From contig CALRHV010000001.1 of NCBI GenBank assembly GCA_943359525.1, positions 7,181-71,180 of the forward strand: a DNA stretch of 64,000 nucleotides. Reading direction: 5' to 3'. Below, piece by piece: positions 30,404-40,288 of the stretch. Each line of letters opens with the position of its first letter. Position 1 is the first letter of the stretch. This DNA comes from Candidatus Uhrbacteria bacterium (lineage in GTDB: Bacteria > Patescibacteriota > Patescibacteriia > UBA9934). The notes below the pieces were generated by a model. It saw only the letters and a list, made by a program, of their open reading frames with translations, had not been told where the DNA came from and searched no databases. A program made the position numbers and the translations under genes.

Positions 30404-30481
30404 AGCAAAAAGCAAAGAGTATTGCTTCAAGTATAACAAATGCACACCTCATCGATGTGATGAGGTGTGCATGGTTCCGGT

Positions 30482-31987
30482 CTACATTCGTTCTACCAGC
30501 TCCACCAAAGTTCGCACGCCGTGACCGGTTCCGCCTTTACCGAGGTAACTCGCCATCGGCTTTTCTGCGAAGGCGGGGCCCGCGATGTCCAAATGAACCC
30601 ACGGCTGACCGTCGACAAATTCTTCGAGGAAAAGACCAGCAGTGAGCGATCCGCCGTATCGCGACGTTGGGATGTTCCGAAGATCTGCGATATCGGATTC
30701 GATGAGTGATCGATACCGTTTCTCCAAAGGCATGCGCCACATTTTCTCGCCAGCGTCGTCGGCAGAATCGAGAACCGACTGTGCGAGCTCGTCATTGTTG
30801 CTCATCAATCCGGTGATCTCCTCACCGAGCGCAACGACACAGGCGCCGGTCAGCGTTGCGAGATCCACCATAGCGGTCGGTTCAAGCTTCTTTGCATACG
30901 TCAGCGCATCGGCCAGCGTAAGGCGACCTTCAGCGTCGGTGTTAAGGATTTCGATCGTTTTTCCGTTGCTTGCTTTTACGATATCGCCTGGTCGAATCGC
31001 TTTACCGGAAGGCATGTTCTCGACGGCCGCAACGATGCCGTGCACTTCGCAGCGAGGTTGAAGCTGGCCGAGAACCGTGAAGAATCCAAGTACTGCCGCA
31101 GCGCCGGCCATGTCGCACTTCATGGTCATCATTCCGTCGCCTGGCTTCAGCGACAATCCACCGGAGTCGAACGTGACGCCTTTACCGATGACGGCTAGGC
31201 GCTTTCGGCTCGATCGTTCTGGAGTGTAGGTAAGATGCAAGAACTTCAACGGTTCATCGGATCCATTCCCTACCGCGACGTACGAACCCATGCCGAGCTC
31301 TTCGCATTCTGCGCGATCGAGAACCTTCAACGAGAAATTCTTTCCCGCTTCCTTCACGATGCGCTCCGCAGCCTCGGCGAGTGCAGACGGCGTCATCACT
31401 TGCGCTGGCATATTCACAAGATCACGCGCAACAGCAACGCCACCAGCAATCGCACAGCCTCGCTCGACGGCTTTCCGAACGCGAAGCACGTCGCGACCCT
31501 CGCGAATCACCAACGTCATTTCCTTCATGCGTTTTGCGCCGTTCTTTTCCTTGTACGTATCGAACGCGTAGTCAGCAAGCTGTGCTGCAACCACCATCGC
31601 TTCCGCAACATCCGCGACATCGCCTTCATCGGACACGGGGATTTCGACCGCGAGCGTCTTGGCTCCAAATCGGCGGGTGCAAGCAATCGCGGTGCCAATC
31701 ATTTCGCGAGCAGATTCGAGCGTGGCGTCTTTCATTAATCCCAGACCGATCACCAAGATGTGGTGGTGCGCAGCATCGTGGACGTCGATCGCAACAGCCT
31801 CTCCAACCTTGCCCACGAACTCTGTTGCTTTCATCGATCGCGCCGCAGTCTTTCGGACCGATTCTGGCAATCGCGCAACGATCGATTCCGTCGAGAATCC
31901 CTCGCCAGCAAACACCGGAAGTACGAGCACCTCGGCTTTTGCGGAAAACAGATCCATTTTTTCTCCAAGGATATTCATAGCATTCAT
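30482..31987 (-). CDS. pepA: Leucyl aminopeptidase (M17 family)
   Basis: NTDAEGRLTLADAL signature, 501 aa. Confidence 0.92.
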   Translation of the reverse strand: MNAMNILGEKMDLFSAKAEVLVLPVFAGEGFSTESIVARLPESVRKTAARSMKATEFVGKVGEAVAIDVHDAAHHHILVIGLGLMKDATLESAREMIGTAIACTRRFGAKTLAVEIPVSDEGDVADVAEAMVVAAQLADYAFDTYKEKNGAKRMKEMTLVIREGRDVLRVRKAVERGCAIAGGVAVARDLVNMPAQVMTPSALAEAAERIVKEAGKNFSLKVLDRAECEELGMGSYVAVGNGSDEPLKFLHLTYTPERSSRKRLAVIGKGVTFDSGGLSLKPGDGMMTMKCDMAGAAAVLGFFTVLGQLQPRCEVHGIVAAVENMPSGKAIRPGDIVKASNGKTIEILNTDAEGRLTLADALTYAKKLEPTAMVDLATLTGACVVALGEEITGLMSNNDELAQSVLDSADDAGEKMWRMPLEKRYRSLIESDIADLRNIPTSRYGGSLTAGLFLEEFVDGQPWVHLDIAGPAFAEKPMASYLGKGGTGHGVRTLVELVERM

Positions 31988-31997
31988 AATCCTCCGA

Positions 31998-32405
31998 TTA
32001 AGAACTCAAGTACTTACGCATCTTAGTCACAAGCTCGGGGATATCGTCAATGTGAACATCCCCAAACATCGCGTCCATTGGCATGAAGGCGACGGTCGGG
32101 CCTTCTTTGCAATGATCCATGCACGAGGTCGATAAGACGCGGACGGGCAATCCGGCAGTTTTCATCGCCTCTTTGATTGCCGCCCGAAGTCCTGGCTCGG
32201 TAACACCACAGGATTCCCGGCCATCATCCCTGCGGTTTTCGCACACCAGAACAAAGGCTTTGTGTAGTTTTTGGCTAATATCATGCATATTTGGTTGACG
32301 ATAATCGAACGATACGGCATACTCTACACCATCATTCGATTCCCATTTCATTATGCCAAGTCGCCACCACCTTTCGAGAAAGTCCCAAAACGCCCTTTTC
32401 GCCAT
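31998..32405 (-). CDS. Thioredoxin-like [2Fe-2S] ferredoxin (start ambiguous: TTG 32462, ATG 32405 or ATG 32351)
   Basis: Four-Cys pattern VLVCENRRDDGRESCG…STSCMDHCKEGPTVAF typical of NuoE/Trx-like ferredoxins. Confidence 0.65.
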   Translation of the reverse strand: MAKRAFWDFLERWWRLGIMKWESNDGVEYAVSFDYRQPNMHDISQKLHKAFVLVCENRRDDGRESCGVTEPGLRAAIKEAMKTAGLPVRVLSTSCMDHCKEGPTVAFMPMDAMFGDVHIDDIPELVTKMRKYLSS

Positions 32406-32487
32406 TAAACGCGTGGTCGGTTTTGCCAAGCGCCGTAAGGCTAAGGCCATCCGTATGCGCAAGCTGGAAGCAAAGGCAGTTGCGAAG

Positions 32488-32525
32488 TAAGAAAAAAGAC
32501 CCTCCGAGCGATCGGAGGGTCTTTT
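32488..32525. terminator. Bidirectional Rho-independent terminator after proS
   Basis: aaaaaagaccctccga-gcga-tcggagggtcttttt. Confidence 0.85.
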
Positions 32526-32543
32526 TGTTTGATGATCGACCGA

Positions 32544-33977
32544 CTAATAGCTCCGCGCAAACACAACGCGTTGATTCGATGGCTTTCCTGAGAATACGCA
32601 GGTTCCCGATGAGGAAGCCTCGGAGAATGGAATACAGCGGATCGTCGCGTTCGTTGCCTCCTTAATCTTCTTTTCATCGTCCGCATCGCCAGACCAATGT
32701 GCGGTCACAAACTTTCCAACCTCGATCGCGGTTACGAATTCGTCCCATGTAGAAACACCCACCGAGTTCGATTCACGGTGCGCGAGCGCACGATCGAAGA
32801 GATTCTTCTGGATCGTGACCATGAGATCGGAGACTATTGCTGCAGCATCGCCGATCGCCACACGAGACTTTTCACTGGTATCACGACGCGCAATGACAAC
32901 CTCGCCAGCCGCGATATCCTTCGGCCCGATCTCAACACGGACAGGAATCCCCTTCTTCTCCCAGTGAAAAATCTTCTCGCCAGGACGACCGTCGCGAGTA
33001 TCAATCTTGCCTCGAACGCCAGCAGCCTGGAGCTCGGCGAGCAATGCGTTCGCCTTTTCCATAACCGGTGCGCGCTCCTCGTCCTTGAACCACAATGGAA
33101 TAATGATCGCCTGAACCGATGCAACCTTCGGCGGAAGAACGAGACCCTGATCATCAGAGTGCGTCATGATCAGTCCACCGATCATGCGTGTTGAAACACC
33201 CCAGCTTGTCTGCCACGCAAGTTGTTCGACATTATTTTCGTCGCTAAATTTTACGTTGAATGCTTTTGCGAAATTCTGTCCAAGGTTGTGCGAGGTGCCG
33301 AATTGCAACGCTTTGCCGTCCTGCATCATCGCTTCGACACAATATGTGCGGAGCGCACCGGCAAATCGCTCGCTGTCAGACTTTTGCCCAGGGATCACCG
33401 GAACCGCCATCACGTTCTCGGCAAAGTCCACGTAGATATCGAGCATCTTTCGCGCAAACGCGTCAGCCTCGTCGTGGGTTGCGTGAACCGTGTGCCCTTC
33501 CTGCCACAAGAATTCTGTCGTCCGAAGGAACAAGCGCGTTCGCATCTCCCAGCGCACCACATTTGCCCACTGGTTGATGAGCAGAGGAAGATCGCGATAC
33601 GAATGGATCCAACCGCTGAACACTTCGTACATGATGGTTTCCGATGTTGGACGGACAACCAACGGTTCGTCGAGCTTCTTTCCGCCAGCATGTGTAACAA
33701 CAGCAACTTCTGGCGCGAATCCTTCGACGTGTTCAGCTTCACGACTCAAAAAACTCTGTGGAATAAATAATGGGAAATAGGCATTCTCAACGCCAATGGC
33801 TTTAAAGCGAGCATCAAGATCCTTTTGGATCATCTCCCAAATGGCATAGCCGTGCGGCTTAATAATCATGCAGCCCTTCACCGGCGAATGCTCGGCCATG
33901 TCTGCGGCAGAGATCACGTCGAGGTACCACTGGCTGTAATCTTCAGCACGAGGAGTGATGCGAGTATTGGAAGCCAT
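32544..33977 (-). CDS. proS: Proline--tRNA ligase, archaeal/eukaryotic-type (class IIa, no editing insertion)
   Basis: 477 aa, class II motifs (…FRTTEFLWQEGHT…, GGLIMTHSDD), C-terminal Zn-binding-like domain …NATIRCIPFSEASSSGTCVFSG…. Confidence 0.9.
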   Translation of the reverse strand: MASNTRITPRAEDYSQWYLDVISAADMAEHSPVKGCMIIKPHGYAIWEMIQKDLDARFKAIGVENAYFPLFIPQSFLSREAEHVEGFAPEVAVVTHAGGKKLDEPLVVRPTSETIMYEVFSGWIHSYRDLPLLINQWANVVRWEMRTRLFLRTTEFLWQEGHTVHATHDEADAFARKMLDIYVDFAENVMAVPVIPGQKSDSERFAGALRTYCVEAMMQDGKALQFGTSHNLGQNFAKAFNVKFSDENNVEQLAWQTSWGVSTRMIGGLIMTHSDDQGLVLPPKVASVQAIIIPLWFKDEERAPVMEKANALLAELQAAGVRGKIDTRDGRPGEKIFHWEKKGIPVRVEIGPKDIAAGEVVIARRDTSEKSRVAIGDAAAIVSDLMVTIQKNLFDRALAHRESNSVGVSTWDEFVTAIEVGKFVTAHWSGDADDEKKIKEATNATIRCIPFSEASSSGTCVFSGKPSNQRVVFARSY

Positions 33978-33999
33978 AAAAAAGAAGGAAAGAATGCCA

Positions 34000-34900
34000 C
34001 GATGGTACCGGAAAACAAAAAACTCTCCAAATGGAGAGAATGATAAAGCCCCATGAGCATTCCGATTTTCACGTCGGCGATCTCATGGGGCATCGTTTGG
34101 TTCACGTGTCACTCGTTGGCCGAAACTGTTTTTTTAGGTTGGGGCCGGTCGTTGTCGGGAAGAAACTCCCCTTAGGCGACCGGCCTTGCCCCAGTGGAGA
34201 TGTTCGCGTCGGCCGACGCTACTTATCTTTGATGCTCCGTTTGCACCCCACACGTTTCTGCCCCGGTTGGAGCGTCCACTTTGTTCAATCCTGCTTGCAA
34301 GGCTAGGACTAAACCGGATGCTCTGCACTCCTCACTCATGTTGACCTCCCGGCCAATGAATGGCTACAGAACTTGGGGAGGGCTTTCTCTGCCGGTATGG
34401 TTTGCGGCCACCCACTGCAAAGTCTTCTCCTCGCCATTGATGAATCTACCGATGGGAAGCAATCTTTTCAGATTACGCCATCGTGTAGTGTCGTTCACCA
34501 ACTTCCAGGCGACAACCTGGGCGGTGATCGGACTATTGGTCCGTCACCTTTCGCGCCGATGGTCCTCAGGCGGACCCACAGGAGCCCAATGGCCCCCACA
34601 CGCCCATTGGCACGTGCAATCCTCATCCCCTTGCGAGGGACTCGCCTGACCGGGATGAGACCCGGCATGAAAAGGCGTGGCCCATCGGGCCGGAGGAGCT
34701 TATTGCTGTTGAAGGTCGATGCTGCTGTCGCATCGCTATGTGACCATCGCCGCGGGGCTCAGGTACGAGAACTAGCATACCACATTTTCCCACTTTGGTC
34801 AAGTGGATTAGCGTATAAAACACAAGAATATCCTTTAAATAGGCACTTTTTGTCTTCTCCGCTCTCTCTCAATCATCCTCGCGTAAGCGGAGATCCAGCG
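34000..34900. other. About 0.9-kb GC-rich (about 58%) region with no ORFs and many hairpins; candidate structured non-coding RNA locus or decayed foreign DNA (identity unresolved)
   Basis: No convincing ORF in six frames. Multiple perfect hairpins (ggggccggtcg…cgaccggcc..cccc; gcgtcggccgacgc; ggcccatcgggcc; ccgggatgagacccgg). It lies between the divergent genes proS and msrB. Confidence 0.3.
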
Positions 34901-35003
34901 TGTTTCTAAGACTACTCAGAACAGTGAATCGATTTCCATGTATCATCGATGCAGCGACAGAATCCGCAAAAATTCTTATCTACAAGTGTCGCAAAATACA
35001 TCT

Positions 35004-35384
35004 ATGATCGAACAACTCAATCCCAATCTCTCAGAAGAACAAAAGAACGTCTGTTTTTTGAAAGGAACCGAGGCGCCGTTTAGTGGAAAGTATTACAAAA
35101 CCACGGATTCTGGGATGTACGTTTGCGCCAATTGTGGCCATGAATTGTTCGGATCGGACACAAAATTTGACTCTGGAACGGGTTGGCCAAGCTTTTGGGA
35201 TACTGCAAATTCGGAGAATGTTGCGACGGAGACGGACCGCGAGCTCGGCATGGCACGAACCGAAATTCTCTGCGCGAACTGTCGTGCACACCTTGGCCAC
35301 GTGTTCCCCGATGGGCCGAAACCGACCGGAAAACGATATTGTGTGAATTCGCTGTCGCTGGATTTTCAGCCGAAGCAGAGTTGA
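35004..35384 (+). CDS. msrB: Peptide-methionine (R)-S-oxide reductase MsrB
   Basis: Two CxxC pairs (CANCGHELF…, CANCRAHLGHVF) and GWPSF catalytic region. Confidence 0.9.
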   Translation: MIEQLNPNLSEEQKNVCFLKGTEAPFSGKYYKTTDSGMYVCANCGHELFGSDTKFDSGTGWPSFWDTANSENVATETDRELGMARTEILCANCRAHLGHVFPDGPKPTGKRYCVNSLSLDFQPKQS

Positions 35385-35569
35385 GCCGACCGAGCGTAGC
35401 GAGCGATTCAACGAGTGGCACCGAGGACATCACAAGCGCCAGTGGCGAGGATACATTCTTCCAACGAGCACGCGCCCCTCAGCTGCAGTCGAGTGTAAAC
35501 GAGACGTCGCAGCGTAGGGGATTCGCGCGGAGTGCAGAAGAATGTATCCGAGCCACCAGCTTGCGATGA

Positions 35570-37381
35570 TTATTTCGCCGCTTTCAACATCTCAATCTCT
35601 TCACACAACACAAGCCATTGATGCTCGAATCGGCTGAGTTCGTCGTCGAGTTCGGAAAGGCGACGATTCTTTTCTGGCGAGTAATCTGTTGGGTTCTCGA
35701 AAAAGTACGCGAGGATTCCACTTTTTTCTTTGTCGAGCTTTTCAATCTGCAGTTGCATCCGTTCTGCGAGGCGTTGTTTTTCTTTGAGGAGTTGTCGGCG
35801 AAGCGATCGTGTTTCTGCGTCGTCAGACATTTCCTTCGGCAACACCGCGACATCATCAGCATCCATGATCGATTCGAGATCGCGAACATAATCCTCGTAC
35901 GTTCCAACGTAGTGACGCAACGTTCCTCCTCGAATCTCGTAGATCCGATCGGCAAGAGCATTCACGAAGGTTCGTGCGTGAGAAACGAAGAGCACCGTTC
36001 CGCCGCATTCCTTCAGCGCCGATGCGAGCGATTCTGCAGTCTCGACGTCCAGGTGGTTTGTTGGTTCGTCGAGGATGAGTACGCTGTGTTCGTGCAGCAG
36101 CATTCCCGCCAAACACAAACGGGCACGCTCTCCCCCAGAAAGCACACTCGTCGTTTTTTCCAAGTCGTCACCACGGAACAGGAAGTTCCCCGCCATCATC
36201 AAAATGCGCTCCCCCGATGCCATTGCCGGTGAAAGGCGCGTAAGGTACTGCAGGATAGTCTCCGATGGGACCAATGTCGCATCCGTCTTCTGGTCGTAAT
36301 ACCCAATGTCGGCGCGATGCCACCATTTTACGCTTCCCTCGAGAGGCTCGAGAATTCCCGCGAGCGTTTTCAGTAACGTCGATTTTCCTTTTCCGTTCTC
36401 CCCAGCAATAACTACCTTTTCTCCGCGATTGAACGTAAACGAGATGTTCGAGGCAATAACTACGGGAGATCCTTCACTCCGTTCAGGATGACTGAAATAT
36501 CCAATCGACAGCTTCTCTACACGAACAGCGATGCCCGGAATAATCACCGGCGTGGGAATGACGATGCGCGTGGTCGACAGGTCTTTTTTAATCTGCACGA
36601 TCGATCGTCGGAGTTTCTCGATATGCTTGATCTTACTCTGTGCTCGCGACGCCTGGCTCGCCTTGTACTGAAACCGATTCACAAATTCCTGGTGATGCGC
36701 CATCTCTCTGGCAACACGCTTATTACTCTTCCGAAGAAACTCCAATTGCTCTGCCTTCCATACAAGATAATCCTCAACAGTTCCCGGGTACGCCGTCATC
36801 GCCGCGCGCTCAATCTCCATGGTGGAAGTACAGGTGTTCTGAAGAAATTCGCGATCGTGCGCAGTCATGATAAAGCTCCCCTCGTAATCAGCGAGGAAAC
36901 GTTCGAGCAAAAGCAACGTCGGCAGATCGAGATAGTTCACTGGTTCGTCGAGGAGAAGCAAATTCGGATCGCACAACAACATTGCAACAATCTTTACGCG
37001 CATTTGGTAACCCCCCGATAGTGCAGTTGGCGGCTTCTCAAGATCGGTGCCATGCAATCCAAACTTCGCGGCAAGCTTGCGGACGTCCCACGTCGGCTTC
37101 CCCGAGATCGATGAGCAGTATTCTTCGGTGGTGACGTCGCCGGGAAGAATGTCGTGTTGCGCAACCATGCCGAGCTTCGTCCATGGCATGAGTTTTACTG
37201 TTCCAGCATCGGGCTCCTCGATTCCCATGAGCATATTCAACAGCGTCGACTTCCCGGCACCGTTGCGGCCGATCAACGCGATATGCTCACCTTCACCCAC
37301 CACAAATCCAATATCGTCACAGACAATTTGCTTGCCGTACGATTTCCGTAAACCTTTTACATCGAGGAGTGGTCGAGACAT
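35570..37381 (-). CDS. ABC-F family ATPase (tandem ABC domains, C-terminal coiled coil; Uup/EttA-like)
   Basis: Two Walker A sites (GRNGAGKST, GENGKGKST), two LSGG signatures, no TM domain. Confidence 0.88.
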   Translation of the reverse strand: MSRPLLDVKGLRKSYGKQIVCDDIGFVVGEGEHIALIGRNGAGKSTLLNMLMGIEEPDAGTVKLMPWTKLGMVAQHDILPGDVTTEEYCSSISGKPTWDVRKLAAKFGLHGTDLEKPPTALSGGYQMRVKIVAMLLCDPNLLLLDEPVNYLDLPTLLLLERFLADYEGSFIMTAHDREFLQNTCTSTMEIERAAMTAYPGTVEDYLVWKAEQLEFLRKSNKRVAREMAHHQEFVNRFQYKASQASRAQSKIKHIEKLRRSIVQIKKDLSTTRIVIPTPVIIPGIAVRVEKLSIGYFSHPERSEGSPVVIASNISFTFNRGEKVVIAGENGKGKSTLLKTLAGILEPLEGSVKWWHRADIGYYDQKTDATLVPSETILQYLTRLSPAMASGERILMMAGNFLFRGDDLEKTTSVLSGGERARLCLAGMLLHEHSVLILDEPTNHLDVETAESLASALKECGGTVLFVSHARTFVNALADRIYEIRGGTLRHYVGTYEDYVRDLESIMDADDVAVLPKEMSDDAETRSLRRQLLKEKQRLAERMQLQIEKLDKEKSGILAYFFENPTDYSPEKNRRLSELDDELSRFEHQWLVLCEEIEMLKAAK

Positions 37382-37528
37382 GGCAGGAAGGGTACACTAG
37401 AATCAACAAAATCGTTAAATAATTCCCTCAGTCTTTGCGAGGAGAATGTAATCGTTCGACGAAGCAATCTAGGTTTAGCCTGGATTGCCACGTCGGGATT
37501 ACCCTCCTCGCAATGACGAATCAATTTC

Positions 37529-38041
37529 ATGAGACTTCCTACCAGAAAGAAAGAACTCGAACGTCAGCAAACCGAGGAGCCTGATTTGCATTTCACTCCG
37601 GAAAAGATTGAGGCGATGAAGCGTGAACTTCAACGGCTCATCGATACTGAACGCGGTGTTGCCGCTGCAGAAGTGGTTCGCACCGGAGAGATGGGCGATT
37701 TTTCGGAGAATGCTGGCTATCAGTGGGCCAAACAAAACCTTCGACGAGTCAACGGACGAATTCTCTCCCTTACCGAAAAGATCAACCACGCGATTCCGAT
37801 CATTCATGAAGTCGGATCCACCCGCGTCCGCATCGGCTCCATCGTCACCGTAAAGCTCGAACCTGGTTCAGCTACCTACACCTACGAAATCCTCGGCTCG
37901 CAGGAAAGCAATCCGATGAAAGGGAAAATCTCCCATCACTCCCCCATCGGTAAAGCGCTTCTTGGCGCAGAGATCGGCGACGCGGCGGATGTCCAGGTCG
38001 GCGACCGGACAACGCGATACACTGTTCTTGCAATCAACTAA
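37529..38041 (+). CDS. greA: Transcription elongation factor GreA
   Basis: N-terminal coiled coil plus C-terminal FKBP-like domain (…VGSTRVRIGSIVTV…YEILGSQESNP…). Confidence 0.85.
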   Translation: MRLPTRKKELERQQTEEPDLHFTPEKIEAMKRELQRLIDTERGVAAAEVVRTGEMGDFSENAGYQWAKQNLRRVNGRILSLTEKINHAIPIIHEVGSTRVRIGSIVTVKLEPGSATYTYEILGSQESNPMKGKISHHSPIGKALLGAEIGDAADVQVGDRTTRYTVLAIN

Positions 38042-38044
38042 CAA

Positions 38045-38080
38045 AAAATCACCCGGCCGAATTGGCCGGGTGATTTTTTA
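38045..38080. terminator. Bidirectional Rho-independent terminator
   Basis: aaaaaatcacccggcc-gaat-tggccgggtgatttttt. Confidence 0.85.
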
Positions 38081-38081
38081 C

Positions 38082-38585
38082 CTATTCACTCTTTCGTTCC
38101 TCTCCGCGATGCATTCCCTCTGGCCCACGACCCTTCGGCCCGTGCCCTGGCGCGAATCGTTTTGGGAGGTTATTTTTCTCTGCCCATGCCTTCTGCGTTT
38201 CCGCATTCGCTTTCACGGCGGCCTGACGTTCTTCCTTCGTCATGTCCTTCAAACTCTCGAAGAAGGTTTTTTGCGAAGCGATATTTGCGGCGATTGCGTC
38301 AGCCTGCGATTGTGTGAGCTTTCCTTTTTCGACGGCCTTCGCAAGATGCTCTGCAGCCTTCTCTTCATGCTTCTCCTGCTTCACTTCGCGCTGTTCATCA
38401 AATACCGCCTGAACCTCGCCGGCATTCAAATGAAACTTCTCTGCGATTGCTGTCACAAGACGATCCATCCGACCGTGAGTATCAGAAGGTGCCGATGCCG
38501 CAAATGCGGACGACGCCCCAAATACTCCCATCCCGAGCGTTGCGACAATTGCTGTTGCAATCACCGATTTCTTTGTCATGCTCAT
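38082..38585 (-). CDS. Secreted helical hypothetical protein (signal peptide; Spy/CpxP-like periplasmic stress protein is a possibility)
   Basis: Signal peptide …GVFGASSAFAASAPS, Lys/Glu/Ala-rich helical repeats, adjacent to two-component system. Confidence 0.45.
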   Translation of the reverse strand: MSMTKKSVIATAIVATLGMGVFGASSAFAASAPSDTHGRMDRLVTAIAEKFHLNAGEVQAVFDEQREVKQEKHEEKAAEHLAKAVEKGKLTQSQADAIAANIASQKTFFESLKDMTKEERQAAVKANAETQKAWAEKNNLPKRFAPGHGPKGRGPEGMHRGEERKSE

Positions 38586-38640
38586 AGAACAATGAGGTTA
38601 AGACTAACGCTGGCACTATAGAAAAGGTGCCATGAAGCAA

Positions 38641-39675
38641 TCATGAAGCCTTGTGGATAGGAAGAGTGATACTCACCGTTGTGCCAACATCTACAGTACT
38701 TTTCATCGAGATCGCCCCACCAAAAGACTCGATGATCGACCGCGCAATCGACAACCCCAATCCACTTCCACCGGTACGTCGCGAACGGCTCTTGTCGGCG
38801 CGATAAAACCGATCGAAGATTTTTTGTACGTCCTTTTCCGCAATCCCAACTCCAGTATCAACGATATCAATCTTCACCGTCTCGTCTTCGCGCTCCATGG
38901 AAACCGTTACCGATCCATGTGGTCGGTTGTACAGAATCGCGTTTTCAATAACGTTCGTCAGCACGCGAATCATCGGTTCCTCGGCGGCAAGAATCGTGAA
39001 TGTTTCCGATGCATCCTCAAGCGTGAGTGTAACGTGATGGCTTACGGCTATCAACGAAAGACGATCAGCAACTTTTTGAAGAACATCATTCACCACCATC
39101 GGAACTCGCAAAGTTTCCGATCCCGCATGTTCAAGCTTCGAGAGCGAAAGCACGTCACTCACCAACACACTCATTCGCTTCACTTCCTCGAGATGACTCT
39201 TTGCAGACGAACGAAGATCGACCGATCCACCGTCACGTTCATTTTCTAAATTCGCCTGAAGAATAGCCAACGGAGTGCGAAGTTCGTGCGATGCGTCGCT
39301 CAAGAACTGTCGTTGGCGCTCATACGCCTCCTCGATCGGCCTCAGAGTTCGTGTGGCAAGCCGATAACTGATGAACACAGAAATACACACAAGAATGCCG
39401 TTCACAATGAGCAACGTCTCAGAAAGTTCTTCAGTCACATCGCGAACATCCACAGGAAATACCACGGGATGAATCCGATCATTCCGATCGATGACCAGCG
39501 CAAATCTCTGACTGAGCCGTTCAGAGAACACGGTACGAGTCACGCCGCTAGAAATCAGCAAAAGAATAACGAGAATCCCCGTATATATTGCTGTCAGCGC
39601 AATGCGTGTTTTAAAATACTGCTCACGAAATGAGCCGGTATCCTTTTCCCCAAACGGTTTGAATACGTTTCGCAT
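38641..39675 (-). CDS. Two-component sensor histidine kinase
   Basis: Two N-terminal TM helices, HisKA H-box SDASHELRTPL, HATPase N/G1/G2 boxes. Confidence 0.9.
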   Translation of the reverse strand: MRNVFKPFGEKDTGSFREQYFKTRIALTAIYTGILVILLLISSGVTRTVFSERLSQRFALVIDRNDRIHPVVFPVDVRDVTEELSETLLIVNGILVCISVFISYRLATRTLRPIEEAYERQRQFLSDASHELRTPLAILQANLENERDGGSVDLRSSAKSHLEEVKRMSVLVSDVLSLSKLEHAGSETLRVPMVVNDVLQKVADRLSLIAVSHHVTLTLEDASETFTILAAEEPMIRVLTNVIENAILYNRPHGSVTVSMEREDETVKIDIVDTGVGIAEKDVQKIFDRFYRADKSRSRRTGGSGLGLSIARSIIESFGGAISMKSTVDVGTTVSITLPIHKAS

Positions 39676-40288
39676 ACTCCTTTGGCAATTTCTTTCGAAG
39701 ATTTTTCAAGTGCACATCAACCACGTTACTCAATGAGTCGAAGAACCTGTCCCACACGTGCGACAAAATGTCTTCTCGAGTGACGACCGCATCCTGGTTC
39801 CGAAGGAAGTATTCAAGCAGGGCGTATTCACGAAGCGTGAGATCGATCACCTTCCCGTTGATGGTAACAATCTGCGATCGGGTATCGAGTGACAGTGCAT
39901 TCAGTGTGAGGACGTCGCCTTGCACTGTTGGCGCACGACGAGTAATTGCACGGATGCGAGCAACAAGCTCATCGAATGAAAATGGTTTCACCATGTAATC
40001 GTCGGCACCAACGTTAAAGCCGGAAACCTTTTCATGCACATCGCTCTTTGCCGTCAAAAAGAGCACTGGAGTTTGTACGCCAACAGCTCGGAGCTTCTTA
40101 CACATCAAGAACCCGTCCATAATGGGCATCATCACATCGAGCACAATACAATCGTAAGAGTGTTCGCGAGCGATTCGTTCGCCCTCCGCACCGTCGAACG
40201 CCGCATCAACCGTGTATCCACGACTTCGCAAGCCCTGAACGATCGCTGCATTTAATTTCTGCTCATCTTCGACAACGAGGATCTTCAT
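39623..40288 (-). CDS. OmpR-family response regulator (start at internal Met MKILVVEDE; ORF begins with TTG at 40360)
   Basis: Receiver domain with conserved Asp pocket (VEDE…ILDVMMP…), winged-helix C-terminus …WGKGYRL. Confidence 0.9.
   Translation of the reverse strand: MKILVVEDEQKLNAAIVQGLRSRGYTVDAAFDGAEGERIAREHSYDCIVLDVMMPIMDGFLMCKKLRAVGVQTPVLFLTAKSDVHEKVSGFNVGADDYMVKPFSFDELVARIRAITRRAPTVQGDVLTLNALSLDTRSQIVTINGKVIDLTLREYALLEYFLRNQDAVVTREDILSHVWDRFFDSLSNVVDVHLKNLRKKLPKEYAKRIQTVWGKGYRLIS

Noticed and set aside
34000-34900. Calling this region RNase P RNA, tmRNA or SRP RNA outright
   Set aside because: I could not find the CR-I..CR-V elements of RNase P, a tRNA-like T-arm/CCA with tag ORF for tmRNA, or the SRP domain IV motif by inspection. 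It is left as an unassigned structured region pending a covariance-model search.
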